Of a stretch of DNA of 64,000 nucleotides, positions 53,528 to 64,000 are shown one piece after another (position 1 is the stretch's first letter; every line of letters starts with the position of its first letter). Source of the DNA: Octopus bimaculoides (Eukaryota); contig NC_068985.1 in the NCBI RefSeq assembly GCF_001194135.2, positions 88,031,880 through 88,095,879 of the forward strand. Reading direction: 5' to 3'. The notes beneath the pieces are model-generated. The model was given only the letters and a program-made list of their open reading frames with translations, was not told the origin of the DNA and did not search any database. The position numbers and the translations under genes are program-made.

Positions 53528-53942
53528 NNNNNNNNNNNNNNNNNNNNNNNNNNNNNNNNNNNNNNNNNNNNNNNNNNNNNNNNNNNNNNNNNNNNNNNNN
53601 NNNNNNNNNNNNNNNNNNNNNNNNNNNNNNNNNNNNNNNNNNNNNNNNNNNNNNNNNNNNNNNNNNNNNNNNNNNNNNNNNNNNNNNNNNNNNNNNNNNN
53701 NNNNNNNNNNNNNNNNNNNNNNNNNNNNNNNNNNNNNNNNNNNNNNNNNNNNNNNNNNNNNNNNNNNNNNNNNNNNNNNNNNNNNNNNNNNNNNNNNNNN
53801 NNNNNNNNNNNNNNNNNNNNNNNNNNNNNNNNNNNNNNNNNNNNNNNNNNNNNNNNNNNNNNNNNNNNNNNNNNNNNNNNNNNNNNNNNNNNNNNNNNNN
53901 NNNNNNNNNNNNNNNNNNNNNNNNNNNNNNNNNNNNNNNNNN
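53528..53942. other. Assembly gap flanked by (TA)n
   Basis: N run. Confidence 0.99.
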
Positions 53943-54121
53943 ATATATATGTAATATTCTAATAGACATAATTATAATAAGGGATCAGCTAATTGCCTCG
54001 CCACATACTGAATTAGAAATAGACGCTAATGTCTTTTCAACTACCACAAAGCCTCCGAGAAAATAAATCACTTTTGAATGTAGGCCAAAGGAAAACTAAC
54101 GAATCAACTCGACCGCGGTTA

Positions 54122-54183
54122 ATTACAGACGCGTTTCGAACTGAAAGTAAAACATAATTACCGATTGTTCTCTTCAGTGTAAT
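54122..54183 (-). ncRNA. Intact minimal type I hammerhead ribozyme motif
   Basis: Minus strand AUUACA CUGAAGA GAAC-(25 nt)-GUUC GAAAC GC GUC UGUAAU: 6-bp stem I, 4-bp stem II, all core nucleotides, GUC cleavage triplet, palindromic ACGCGU stem III. Confidence 0.85.
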
Positions 54184-55415
54184 AATCCAAATATAAATGT
54201 GCAAGTGTTGGAATAAATATGCACGCGATCATGTTTCATAGCGTGACTAATATTTAACCACACTTCCAAAGATATACAGCGGAGTGTGATTCGTATTTAT
54301 CCTTTAACCCACGTGTGTTCTACGACCTATCCCGCAGAAAACTGGAGTTTCCATCATGGAGTGACTTATAATTTTAATAATGGTAATATACGGCAAGAGT
54401 ACTAATGATAATAATTTTACCAAGTGTGTTATTTTCTCGGAGATTAGGGTCTATTTTGAATTCGGTACGTGGCGCGGCAATTAGATGACCTCATATTATA
54501 TTTATGTATATAAATATAGAATATTTTGTGTAATTTACCTAAAGGCTTTTTCAACATTCTGACTACTTCGTAAAATTATTGTTATTAGTAATGTTACCCT
54601 ATATTATCATTATATGTATGTATGTATGTATACATATTCGTGTATATACACACACACACACACGAATATGTATACATACATACATACATACACAATGTAC
54701 ATACGCATACAGACATTATTAATGAGTTACATTTGCATATATTCGATGAACGCGTAGTGATATAAAGCCTGACTGCATATTATTTGCTGCTAACATATAT
54801 TAAGAGCATTTTCAAAATGATTTACAAGTTTTGCTGAATAAGAGAATTTTGTTCAAACATATGTATAAGTGCCCCTGTGTGTATATCTGTCTGTTCATGT
54901 ATAAACATGACATTGAATGGTATAATATAGATTACAGCTAGGTGTAGAGTGGTATATGGTTGTATGTTTCTTACTCCCAGATTTAAAAATGAACTATTTT
55001 GTCGCCATGGTTATTCAAACGCTGTTTCTATGTTTTTGAATCTCGACTTCAAATCTGAAAACTTGGTGTGACTCACTTGATAAAAGTGATAATTCATCTC
55101 AGTCAATATGATTTGTCGAGATAGGAATTGGCTTCAGTTTACTAAATATTCACACCTGCATTAATGTCTTCAACACTTGTATTGTAACCCCTTTCTCTGA
55201 AATCGATTATTGTTTTCTGTGTTGATCGTTCACCTCATACACTTTCAAATATTTGGTGTTATATTCTCTCTCCGTTCATAGTCATATGTATGCCTAAACA
55301 TACATCCATATAAATGCATATGTGGATAAATACAAACACACACACATACATATGTATATATGTATATATGTATGTATATACATATATATGTATACCTATA
55401 TATATATATATATAT

Positions 55416-55846
55416 NNNNNNNNNNNNNNNNNNNNNNNNNNNNNNNNNNNNNNNNNNNNNNNNNNNNNNNNNNNNNNNNNNNNNNNNNNNNNNNNNNNNN
55501 NNNNNNNNNNNNNNNNNNNNNNNNNNNNNNNNNNNNNNNNNNNNNNNNNNNNNNNNNNNNNNNNNNNNNNNNNNNNNNNNNNNNNNNNNNNNNNNNNNNN
55601 NNNNNNNNNNNNNNNNNNNNNNNNNNNNNNNNNNNNNNNNNNNNNNNNNNNNNNNNNNNNNNNNNNNNNNNNNNNNNNNNNNNNNNNNNNNNNNNNNNNN
55701 NNNNNNNNNNNNNNNNNNNNNNNNNNNNNNNNNNNNNNNNNNNNNNNNNNNNNNNNNNNNNNNNNNNNNNNNNNNNNNNNNNNNNNNNNNNNNNNNNNNN
55801 NNNNNNNNNNNNNNNNNNNNNNNNNNNNNNNNNNNNNNNNNNNNNN
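55416..55846. other. Assembly gap
   Basis: N run after (TA)n. Confidence 0.99.
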
Positions 55847-56103
55847 TAATTTGTAGTTTTGAAATCAGTAGTTCTTTGACTGCTGTTTCTGAATTCTCAG
55901 TATGTTGGAGAAGCAGGTTACTGTCAATCCCTATATATTTATGATTATAAATGTTTTTTACCGAAAAAGGTTTTTTCATACTGAGCTACCCGCCAAAATT
56001 GTTAATTATTAATTTTATTACTAATTGACGATTCCCTGCCCTGCATATCTATATATATTTATATATATATATGTATATATATGTATATATATATAGGTAT
56101 ATA

Positions 56104-56150
<47 letters not shown>

Positions 56151-56419
56151 CGCGCGTGTGTGTGTGTGTTTGTGAGTGTGTGTAAATGTATGTGTATGAG
56201 TGCGTGTGCATGTGTGTTATAAGCGATGCGTGTTACCAGAATTTTCGACTCAAGGTGAATAGACCTCAGCACTGTAAATCTTTGTTATATTATATCTGTG
56301 AATGGATTTACGATTGGCCAGCTTGCACAGGACATAAAGTAGTTCAATGTATAAAATGAAGTCAAACCAAGTTGAAGACAATTTCGAATGTCTCACATGC
56401 AAAATTTGCAAAATCTCTT

Positions 56420-57050
56420 AACAACACTACAGGGTTGGTCTTAGGCAAGAAAAGACGATTTAATTTCACAGCTAAGATTTTAGAAATTGAGTGAATGGAT
56501 ATTTTCTGTTAAGGACTCTATACATTTGAAGGTGACATTCCAAAGGTATGTTTTGAGGTTGAGATTCTAATCTTCATTCGGTTTCTGCTGGCTACGGTGT
56601 AAGATCTCGTAGTGAAGATGGTTGATATCACAAACTAATTCAATTGTTTGGACGCATTTTCCGCTCAAAAGTCACTTATGCCCAGTTTGAAATTACACCT
56701 GTATTCTGGTAGATGGATTTCAGTTTATAACATCTGTGATCCGTTAAGTATAGTTCTTGATTGGTTCTCATAACTCTAAACATTTGACCTAGACTCGTCC
56801 AATATCGCTATACTAGATGCGATGATGCCAACCATGAAACAGTTCACCAATTTCAGCCAATGGGATACGTCTAGCAAACTTATCAATTGGTTCATTAAAC
56901 TGTGTTTCAAGAATGAAATATCCAACTCGTTGAATAATTTTCTTCACTACATATTTTCCCTGAACAAGGATCTTATTTTTGTCAAACCTTTCTTAAAACC
57001 CCTCATGGCGGAATTAGTATTATCCTCACTGCCAGGTGTAGTATGATAAT
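56420..57050 (-). mobile_element. Possible hAT transposase remnant
   Basis: DNTNSAM.G and ..RV.VKCLEL*EPIKNY resemble hAT DNxxxMxG and RxLELWEPLKxYF; heavily disrupted. Confidence 0.35.
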
Positions 57051-57338
57051 ACTCCAGTGCGAACTGTGGTTCCGTGCCGCCTGAGAGAATGAGTTTGAGA
57101 ATTCGCTAGGTTCATTCGTCTCAGCCCAGGTTATAAATCTGGTGGGTCTATAATCTTTATATGAACTCCGCTAATTCTTTCCACTTACTAGTTGTGTTTT
57201 TTTTTTTCTCGTGTTGTATTTAGAAATTTAGAAACAGAAAATATAGAAATTACTGTTGGTATACCTAACATAGGATATCATTGATGTTCCATAATTTTAT
57301 GTTTTGTTTCAGTTAATTTTTCATACAGGCTGTTCATA

Positions 57339-57570
57339 CAGGGTGTTCAAAACGCAGTAAGTGTTTTTGTTGCAAAATGAATATTTATCAGATGGTATGA
57401 GACTACAAAAGAATATTTTACACTTTACAAAACTTGAAAAAACTTTATGAGAAGTGTTTAAAGTGTCGTCCTTCATTTTGCCAGACATAAGTTGTCTCTT
57501 CTACACATGATTTGAAATATATGCGGCAGGGCGAAGACCTTAACTGCGGAGAGACTTTTTGAACACCTTG
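57339..57570. mobile_element. Tc1/mariner-type MITE (232 bp)
   Basis: TA|CAGGGTGTTCAAAA at 57339 and TTTTGAACACCTTG at 57557-57570 (13/14 match); no coding remnant. Confidence 0.75.
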
Positions 57571-57608
57571 TCTGTGTGTGTGTGTATACATATATATATA
57601 TATATATA

Positions 57609-58389
57609 NNNNNNNNNNNNNNNNNNNNNNNNNNNNNNNNNNNNNNNNNNNNNNNNNNNNNNNNNNNNNNNNNNNNNNNNNNNNNNNNNNNNNNNNNNNN
57701 NNNNNNNNNNNNNNNNNNNNNNNNNNNNNNNNNNNNNNNNNNNNNNNNNNNNNNNNNNNNNNNNNNNNNNNNNNNNNNNNNNNNNNNNNNNNNNNNNNNN
57801 NNNNNNNNNNNNNNNNNNNNNNNNNNNNNNNNNNNNNNNNNNNNNNNNNNNNNNNNNNNNNNNNNNNNNNNNNNNNNNNNNNNNNNNNNNNNNNNNNNNN
57901 NNNNNNNNNNNNNNNNNNNNNNNNNNNNNNNNNNNNNNNNNNNNNNNNNNNNNNNNNNNNNNNNNNNNNNNNNNNNNNNNNNNNNNNNNNNNNNNNNNNN
58001 NNNNNNNNNNNNNNNNNNNNNNNNNNNNNNNNNNNNNNNNNNNNNNNNNNNNNNNNNNNNNNNNNNNNNNNNNNNNNNNNNNNNNNNNNNNNNNNNNNNN
58101 NNNNNNNNNNNNNNNNNNNNNNNNNNNNNNNNNNNNNNNNNNNNNNNNNNNNNNNNNNNNNNNNNNNNNNNNNNNNNNNNNNNNNNNNNNNNNNNNNNNN
58201 NNNNNNNNNNNNNNNNNNNNNNNNNNNNNNNNNNNNNNNNNNNNNNNNNNNNNNNNNNNNNNNNNNNNNNNNNNNNNNNNNNNNNNNNNNNNNNNNNNNN
58301 NNNNNNNNNNNNNNNNNNNNNNNNNNNNNNNNNNNNNNNNNNNNNNNNNNNNNNNNNNNNNNNNNNNNNNNNNNNNNNNNNNNNNNNNN
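57609..58389. other. Assembly gap flanked by (TA)n
   Basis: N run. Confidence 0.99.
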
Positions 58390-58899
58390 TATATATATAT
58401 ATATATATATATATTTAAACATCCAGATTAAAGCATTGCATAACGCAAGCTGAGCAACACTGAAATTCATCAAAGGTAAACAATAGATTTTATTTTATTA
58501 AATGTATTTGAAGCGCGGATAACATTTTTTTAACTGTTATGTATTAATATGATATTGGGGTAAAACTCCTACGCATTAAACCTAGTATTTTGTGTGTGCG
58601 CGTGCGCGTGTGTATCACTATATATATTACACATGTGCGTGTAGTAGTGTATAGCCGATTGTTTGCCGTTAACTCTCCAGCTACAAGTCTATCTCTCAAT
58701 ATGTCAACTGCAATATCTGTTAGCATCTATCGTTCCTACACTCTGCCTTTCCCTCTTTTTATCTGTTGTTTCTCTCGATGTGTGTCTTAACGTCACGTAT
58801 GTTTGTGCAATATAGGTGACGCTTAATTTTCAATCTCAACATAAGATATATTACCGCCTTATCAAACCTGCTCAGTTTTATGACCATTCAGCCCTGATA

Positions 58900-60410
58900 C
58901 CAATAGTATTATATTAGACTCTTTAGCAGCTTTTACTGCCTTATCTCCTTCCTATTTTCTTGTCTATCTACTACGATGTATTTCTCTGCAGCCAACATAT
59001 AACTGATACATTCAACGCTTAATCCTCTTTATTAAGCCTAATCAGCTACTTACACGATGCATTATACAATGCAGTTCTCTTTTCATGGATACAGATAACA
59101 TTCGTTGCAAACAGATAAAACATTGATAAACGTGATCCATCTCTTTTTACCTTTGCCATAACTCTTTCAATTCCTCCATTTCAATCACTAATTAATTCAT
59201 GTAGATAGCAGGATGTATTTACAAAGTATAACAAGCTATGTAATTCAAAGTCCCCATTAGGCTCTGTACGTGATGATAAGTCCTATCTGCTTATAACAAA
59301 TCTGTAATGCTTATTAAACGTTATTTTGAAATACATAACACTGTAGTACTGTATCGTAATTTTATGAACTAAGAGCAGGAATTCTACATACAGTCGTGCA
59401 TGTATACATACATGGAGAAATTAAACGTTAAGTGTTTTAATTTTCCTACTTTGTTGTTAGAGAAATGCATACTTAATCGTTTTTTTAAACCAGTGAATAA
59501 TACAAATAAACTCATACCTGTAAGCGAAGATGCATATTTAACAAGTATCTGCATCGGCAGAATTAAATGAGATACACTGATAAGCAGTTAATTCATCCAT
59601 TTTCAACTTTTCACATTCTCTGCTAACTCTACCAACATATGTGATGTAGTCCTCTACGTTGTACTTTTCTAAGTTCAAACATTTCCAGCGTGCATTGAAC
59701 AACGAGCTTTTCTCGGGAGTATGTAATTACTGTTACGCTCATGTTTTCCTATTGCCAATTTTCTTAAGATAAAATGTTTTCATATGCCGTCCCGATCTTT
59801 ATACACTTTATTGAAGACTTGTTCGTATCTTCTATAGTACGCCTTGAAGGTAACTCCTTCGTCTGGTTCATGCTTAAACTCTATCATCGAGTTTGCAACA
59901 TAATCTGCCGACAACATTTTTTCAGTATTTTTTGACGACTTCCAATTCATTGATTGCAGCATTTGTTTCTGTAATAGTAACTGCTGTTACGGCTGCTTCT
60001 GGTATTGTTCTTCCTGATGTAGCTGCTGCTATTAATGGTCTTACAGTTGATGTTGCTGTTTTTGCAGCTCGAAAGAACCGGCCAACAATTTTTCAACAAT
60101 TTTACGATGGTTGTATACCGTAAAATTGGTACAATAAAGAGAAAATCTTTTGTGAGTTTCGTAACTCCATGTCAGTTTGTTAATTCTCGTGTGTTAGTTA
60201 ATTTCTCGTCACCACTCTTTGTAATCCTTTTGTCGGACTGTTGTCACGTCCACACCGATATATATATTCAGACAAGAACACGACTATCTCTGACCGTCTA
60301 TTTCGTATTCTCTACTTATACTGAAACTGACTGACAGTATTTATAACGACTAACACATACCACTCGTCACGTGAAAGAGGTGTTCTCTTATTACTATTTC
60401 CCCTATAACA
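58900..60410 (-). mobile_element. Gypsy/Mag (K02A2.6-like) LTR retrotransposon remnant: 5' LTR, PBS, gag, possible integrase fragment
   Basis: LTR starts TGTTATAGG at 60410 and ends ..ATTACA at about 60220; PBS TGGTGACGAG at 60214-60205; gag NSMIEFKHEPDEGVTFKAYYRRYE and SLFNARWKCLNL..EDYITYVGRVSRECEK. The portion below 59500 is weak. Confidence 0.8.
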
Positions 60411-60451
60411 TTGATAAAAACGTTTAAATTCTTATTTTGATCTTTATTTAC

Positions 60452-60676
60452 GAGCGTGTGCGTGGTTTAAGGTAAGAAGTTTGCTTTCCAACATCATGTT
60501 TCCGCTTTCACTCCCACTGCATGGCACATTGAGTAAATGTCTTCTACTTTAGCCCTCAATCGACCAAAGCATGGTGGATATATTTGGATGACGGAAACTG
60601 AAAGTAGTGCGTGTGTCTTTGTGTGTTTGTTTGTGCGTGTATGTGTGTGTTTGTGTCCCTGTTTGTCTGCCCCCAA
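60452..60676 (+). mobile_element. SINE family B copy (head plus TG-rich middle)
   Basis: ggtaagaagtttgctttcc...cccactgcatggcac...gaccaaagc...gacggaaactgaaag. Confidence 0.75.
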
Positions 60677-61760
60677 AATAATTTTCAATAATTTTTCTCG
60701 GCATTTCATGTGTTTGCAAAGTAAAATCTCCTATCAATACAGAAATATTTTTAAAATATCACCAACAATTTCATCTTAATATATTACGCACATATTACTC
60801 CCAGATATACATTTCGGTATTTTTTTGTGAAACAGAATCTAAACATCAGAAATTTTCTGATTTTAAAGTGAATTCTTAAATTATTAAATCCTTTTGTAGT
60901 CCAATCAAATTGTTTTTTTTTTTTTAAGAAATCAATATTTCTTGTTTTGAAGACAAATGAGTTGGTATATTGATTAACAGTAGATGATTTTATACATAAT
61001 TCTGACGTATATGAATAATGTTTAATTGCTTAGTATATTTTCACAATTTCAAATGTGACGACCATTAAACACAAGTGATATATTAGACAACATTATAATG
61101 ACAAATAGAAATGTTTCAATGTTGCTGTTGCTGTTGCGACTGTTGTTGTTGTCGTTAATGATGTTGTTGTTTTTGTTATTGTTGTTGTTTTACAGAGCCG
61201 CTTTGTTCTGCTAGAGCACATTCTATGACATTGAATTGACTGATACAAGTAGACCGCCGTTCTGTCGCCATCAAATCTTCATTCTAGGTATAATAACAAA
61301 TAGACTTTGTTTTAAAGACTTTAGGAAGTTTCTTAAGAGCTATTGAACGCTGAATTGACAGAATAGGAAACAAAGCATCTACGCCTGTTATTATCAAATC
61401 GATGACGTTTCACTATATCTTAAATCTAAACGGTTTGATATTCCTATAAGTAGCTAACGCAGAGTAGAATATTTCATCGCTGAAATATGCCACACAGTAC
61501 CATACAATTGATGACTGATTTTGTTGGATTTCAATTAATTGTGTGCTGTGATTGCGGCAAGAAATTTCACACAATGCATTCAGTAAGGGCCGTCCACTCA
61601 CCATCGGATGATAGCAACAATCAGCGAAAATTTGAGTTATTATTGTTTGATCCCCTTATAATTTAACTAAAACCCATCTATTGTCTTAGGCAATACACTT
61701 TCCTTGCAGGCTTAGAAAATCGAAGACAGTGTTATCCATGTTATCACTTTCTTATCATTT

Positions 61761-62022
61761 TTTACTTCTTTAAGTTATTAGTCTGTTGCCATTCTACGGC
61801 ACCGCCTTGGAGGAATTTTAGTTGAACTAATCGAGTACTTATTCTTTTAAGCCTAGTATTTCTTCTATCGGTCACTTTTACCGAACCACTAAGTTATGAG
61901 GACGTTACCCACAAGGCTTGGGTCGGCCTGAAGCTATATTTTAAGACACTTGCCCAAAGTGACACGCAGTAGGACTGAACCTGGAACCATGTAGTCTGAA
62001 GCAATCTTGTTGCCATACAACA
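61761..62022 (-). mobile_element. SINE family B copy with internal deletion
   Basis: Tail (gcctagta..ctatcggtc..accgaaccactaagtta) joined directly to head (gacacttgcccaaag..gactgaacctggaaccatg). Confidence 0.75.
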
Positions 62023-62067
62023 ACGCGTCCCGCAAGAGTGTTTATTTATCATTATTCTAGGTTGTTA

Positions 62068-62130
62068 AGCGTCGAGGTGGCGGAATCTTTGCATGCCAAA
62101 CAAAATGCTTAACAGCATTTCTTTCAGACG
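62068..62130 (+). mobile_element. SINE family A head fragment
   Basis: gcgtcgaggtggcggaatc...aaatgcttaacagcatttc. Confidence 0.5.
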
Positions 62131-64000
62131 TAATAGTATTAATAGTGAACCTGAATATTTTGCGTATGATTTTATTTTATGTATCTGAGAGTAGATCGGG
62201 TTAAATAAACGGTGTATACCGATCTGGTGTTATTGGAAGGTGCTGTAACAGCAAATACCTTTTTTAGTTTATAATTAAGCTCAATGATAGGAAGCTTTCC
62301 ACGTAGACTGAAGAAACATAACATTGATAATCCCTACGCCCAAAGCCTTCGATGTTGACTGCTTAAAAATCTTTAAACTTCCAAATATGTTCACCTTCTG
62401 ATGTCAAATAAACGTGTAGAAATAAACCAAATCACCTTCAATATTTTCTATGTTTCTCAATTCATAATTATTATTTGAAGTTTTCAGCTTCAGATCAAAC
62501 ACACCAACAATATTTCTGACGCCATTTTTTTGTTTTTTTCACAAATATTTTCTTTGAATATCGATGCAGAAAATAACGTACACATATGAAACAAAGTAAA
62601 GTTATAGTATTTTCATATAAGATGTTTTCTTCACATATGATGTTATGCAATTACACTCAGCACTATTTTGCACCAAAACACGAGACCTCAGTAAGGGGTA
62701 ATATGATGTTGAATTTTTTTTGCATTTCTAAAGGCATTAGCAACATATGGGAAATGACTGCTGCTCTTAATTAGAATCGTACTCAACTTACCAATTATCT
62801 CTCTCACTTGGATGTCAGCAGCAAGTATTTCCCATTACTCTGGCTGAAATATTAATTTCCTAACTCTTCTACGAACATTTGCTTGAAAAATTTCTTCAAT
62901 TAGGAGAATTATCAGCAGACGTTTGATCGTTTTTTTTGGGGTTTTTTTTTGTGCTGCATTGAAAACAATGATCTCAACTGACTTAATTTGTAATATATTG
63001 TTCGCAATGACGTTAATGTCAACAACTCTTGTCTTTTTATCTTCCTCTACACTGACACAGCAGGTGCAATGCCTAAAAAGTTTAAGAAAAAATACAGCGA
63101 ATATAATTTCAATTAATGTTTGTGTTTTAGAGAAACTAGCCAGTTATAGGTAAAAATTCTTAACCAATAGACGCCTCAATTTATTTCGAAAATTTAGAAA
63201 CAGAAAATAGTAAATCATTTTGAAATGGAACTATCTCAATCTCCATATCATATATTCGAAATTTATATATAATTTCAAAACATTTGCTCAAAGTCTAACT
63301 ACATAAATTTAATTCAGAAATCTTTAATAAACACATATAGTCAGACAGTTATATGTAGAAATTACGGAATATCATATATTATGTGTTTTCTAAGAGAGTA
63401 ATGTTTACGTTTGTAAATGAATTAGAGATGTTCTTTCAAACAATGGTTTCTATTGAAGTCACAATAAATGAGATATATTGCAAAAAATATTTCCACTTTG
63501 CATATTTCCCACGACATCTCCACTTCCAGTGCGTATTACAAATTTTTCGTGTCACAGAAGTGATCAACGATTTCCAAAAGATAGTTTCATTAAATAAAAT
63601 CAGTATCCGCGCGTATTTCCAAGCGTCATTCTATTTTTACCATTGATACACACGCAAACGAGCACATACATACTTCTTGATCATTACTAATCAGTTTTCT
63701 GAAACGTGGTGATATCTATCCTCTTGGGTATTTTCTCAAACTTTTCACGGAAATGGCGATTTTCCTCGATCTTTGTGAGAGTTGATCATCATTTGATATT
63801 TATGTCAGCAGTTTCATAATCTGTATCTGATCAATCCTGCTTATACTTAGCTCCTCGTTGTTCATTCCTGCATTGTTATTTTCTGGAGTCCAAAGCCTGT
63901 AACTCTCTGACTATTTATGCTACAGGTCCTATTGAAGTGTTTTCCTGCGGATGTTTTAAGTAAATTCAGATGCTGATTTTACTACTGAAATTATTATTAT

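Overview
AT-rich, gene-poor eukaryotic window with many microsatellites and eight N-gaps. The SINE repertoire points to an octopus (coleoid cephalopod) genome; this is inferred from recognised repeat consensi, not a database hit. No host protein-coding gene can be supported: the listed ORFs are microsatellite, gap or antisense artefacts, or transposon debris. Recognisable content: two decayed DD34D mariners, two deleted DD37D/maT-type elements, a Tc1/mariner MITE, an RTE LINE remnant, about ten Dong/R4-clade (RLE) LINE fragments often next to (AAT)n, a Gypsy LTR-PBS-gag remnant, a possible hAT remnant and many copies of two tRNA-derived SINE families. The main discovery is hammerhead ribozymes. 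(1) A third repeat family joins a tRNA(Arg)-like Pol III head to a Penelope-like (PLE) pLTR carrying a minimal type I hammerhead. It has four copies, including a circularly permuted one and a 5'-inverted one with a 14-bp TSD. (2) An unrelated minimal type I hammerhead with a fully intact core lies on the minus strand at 54122-54183.
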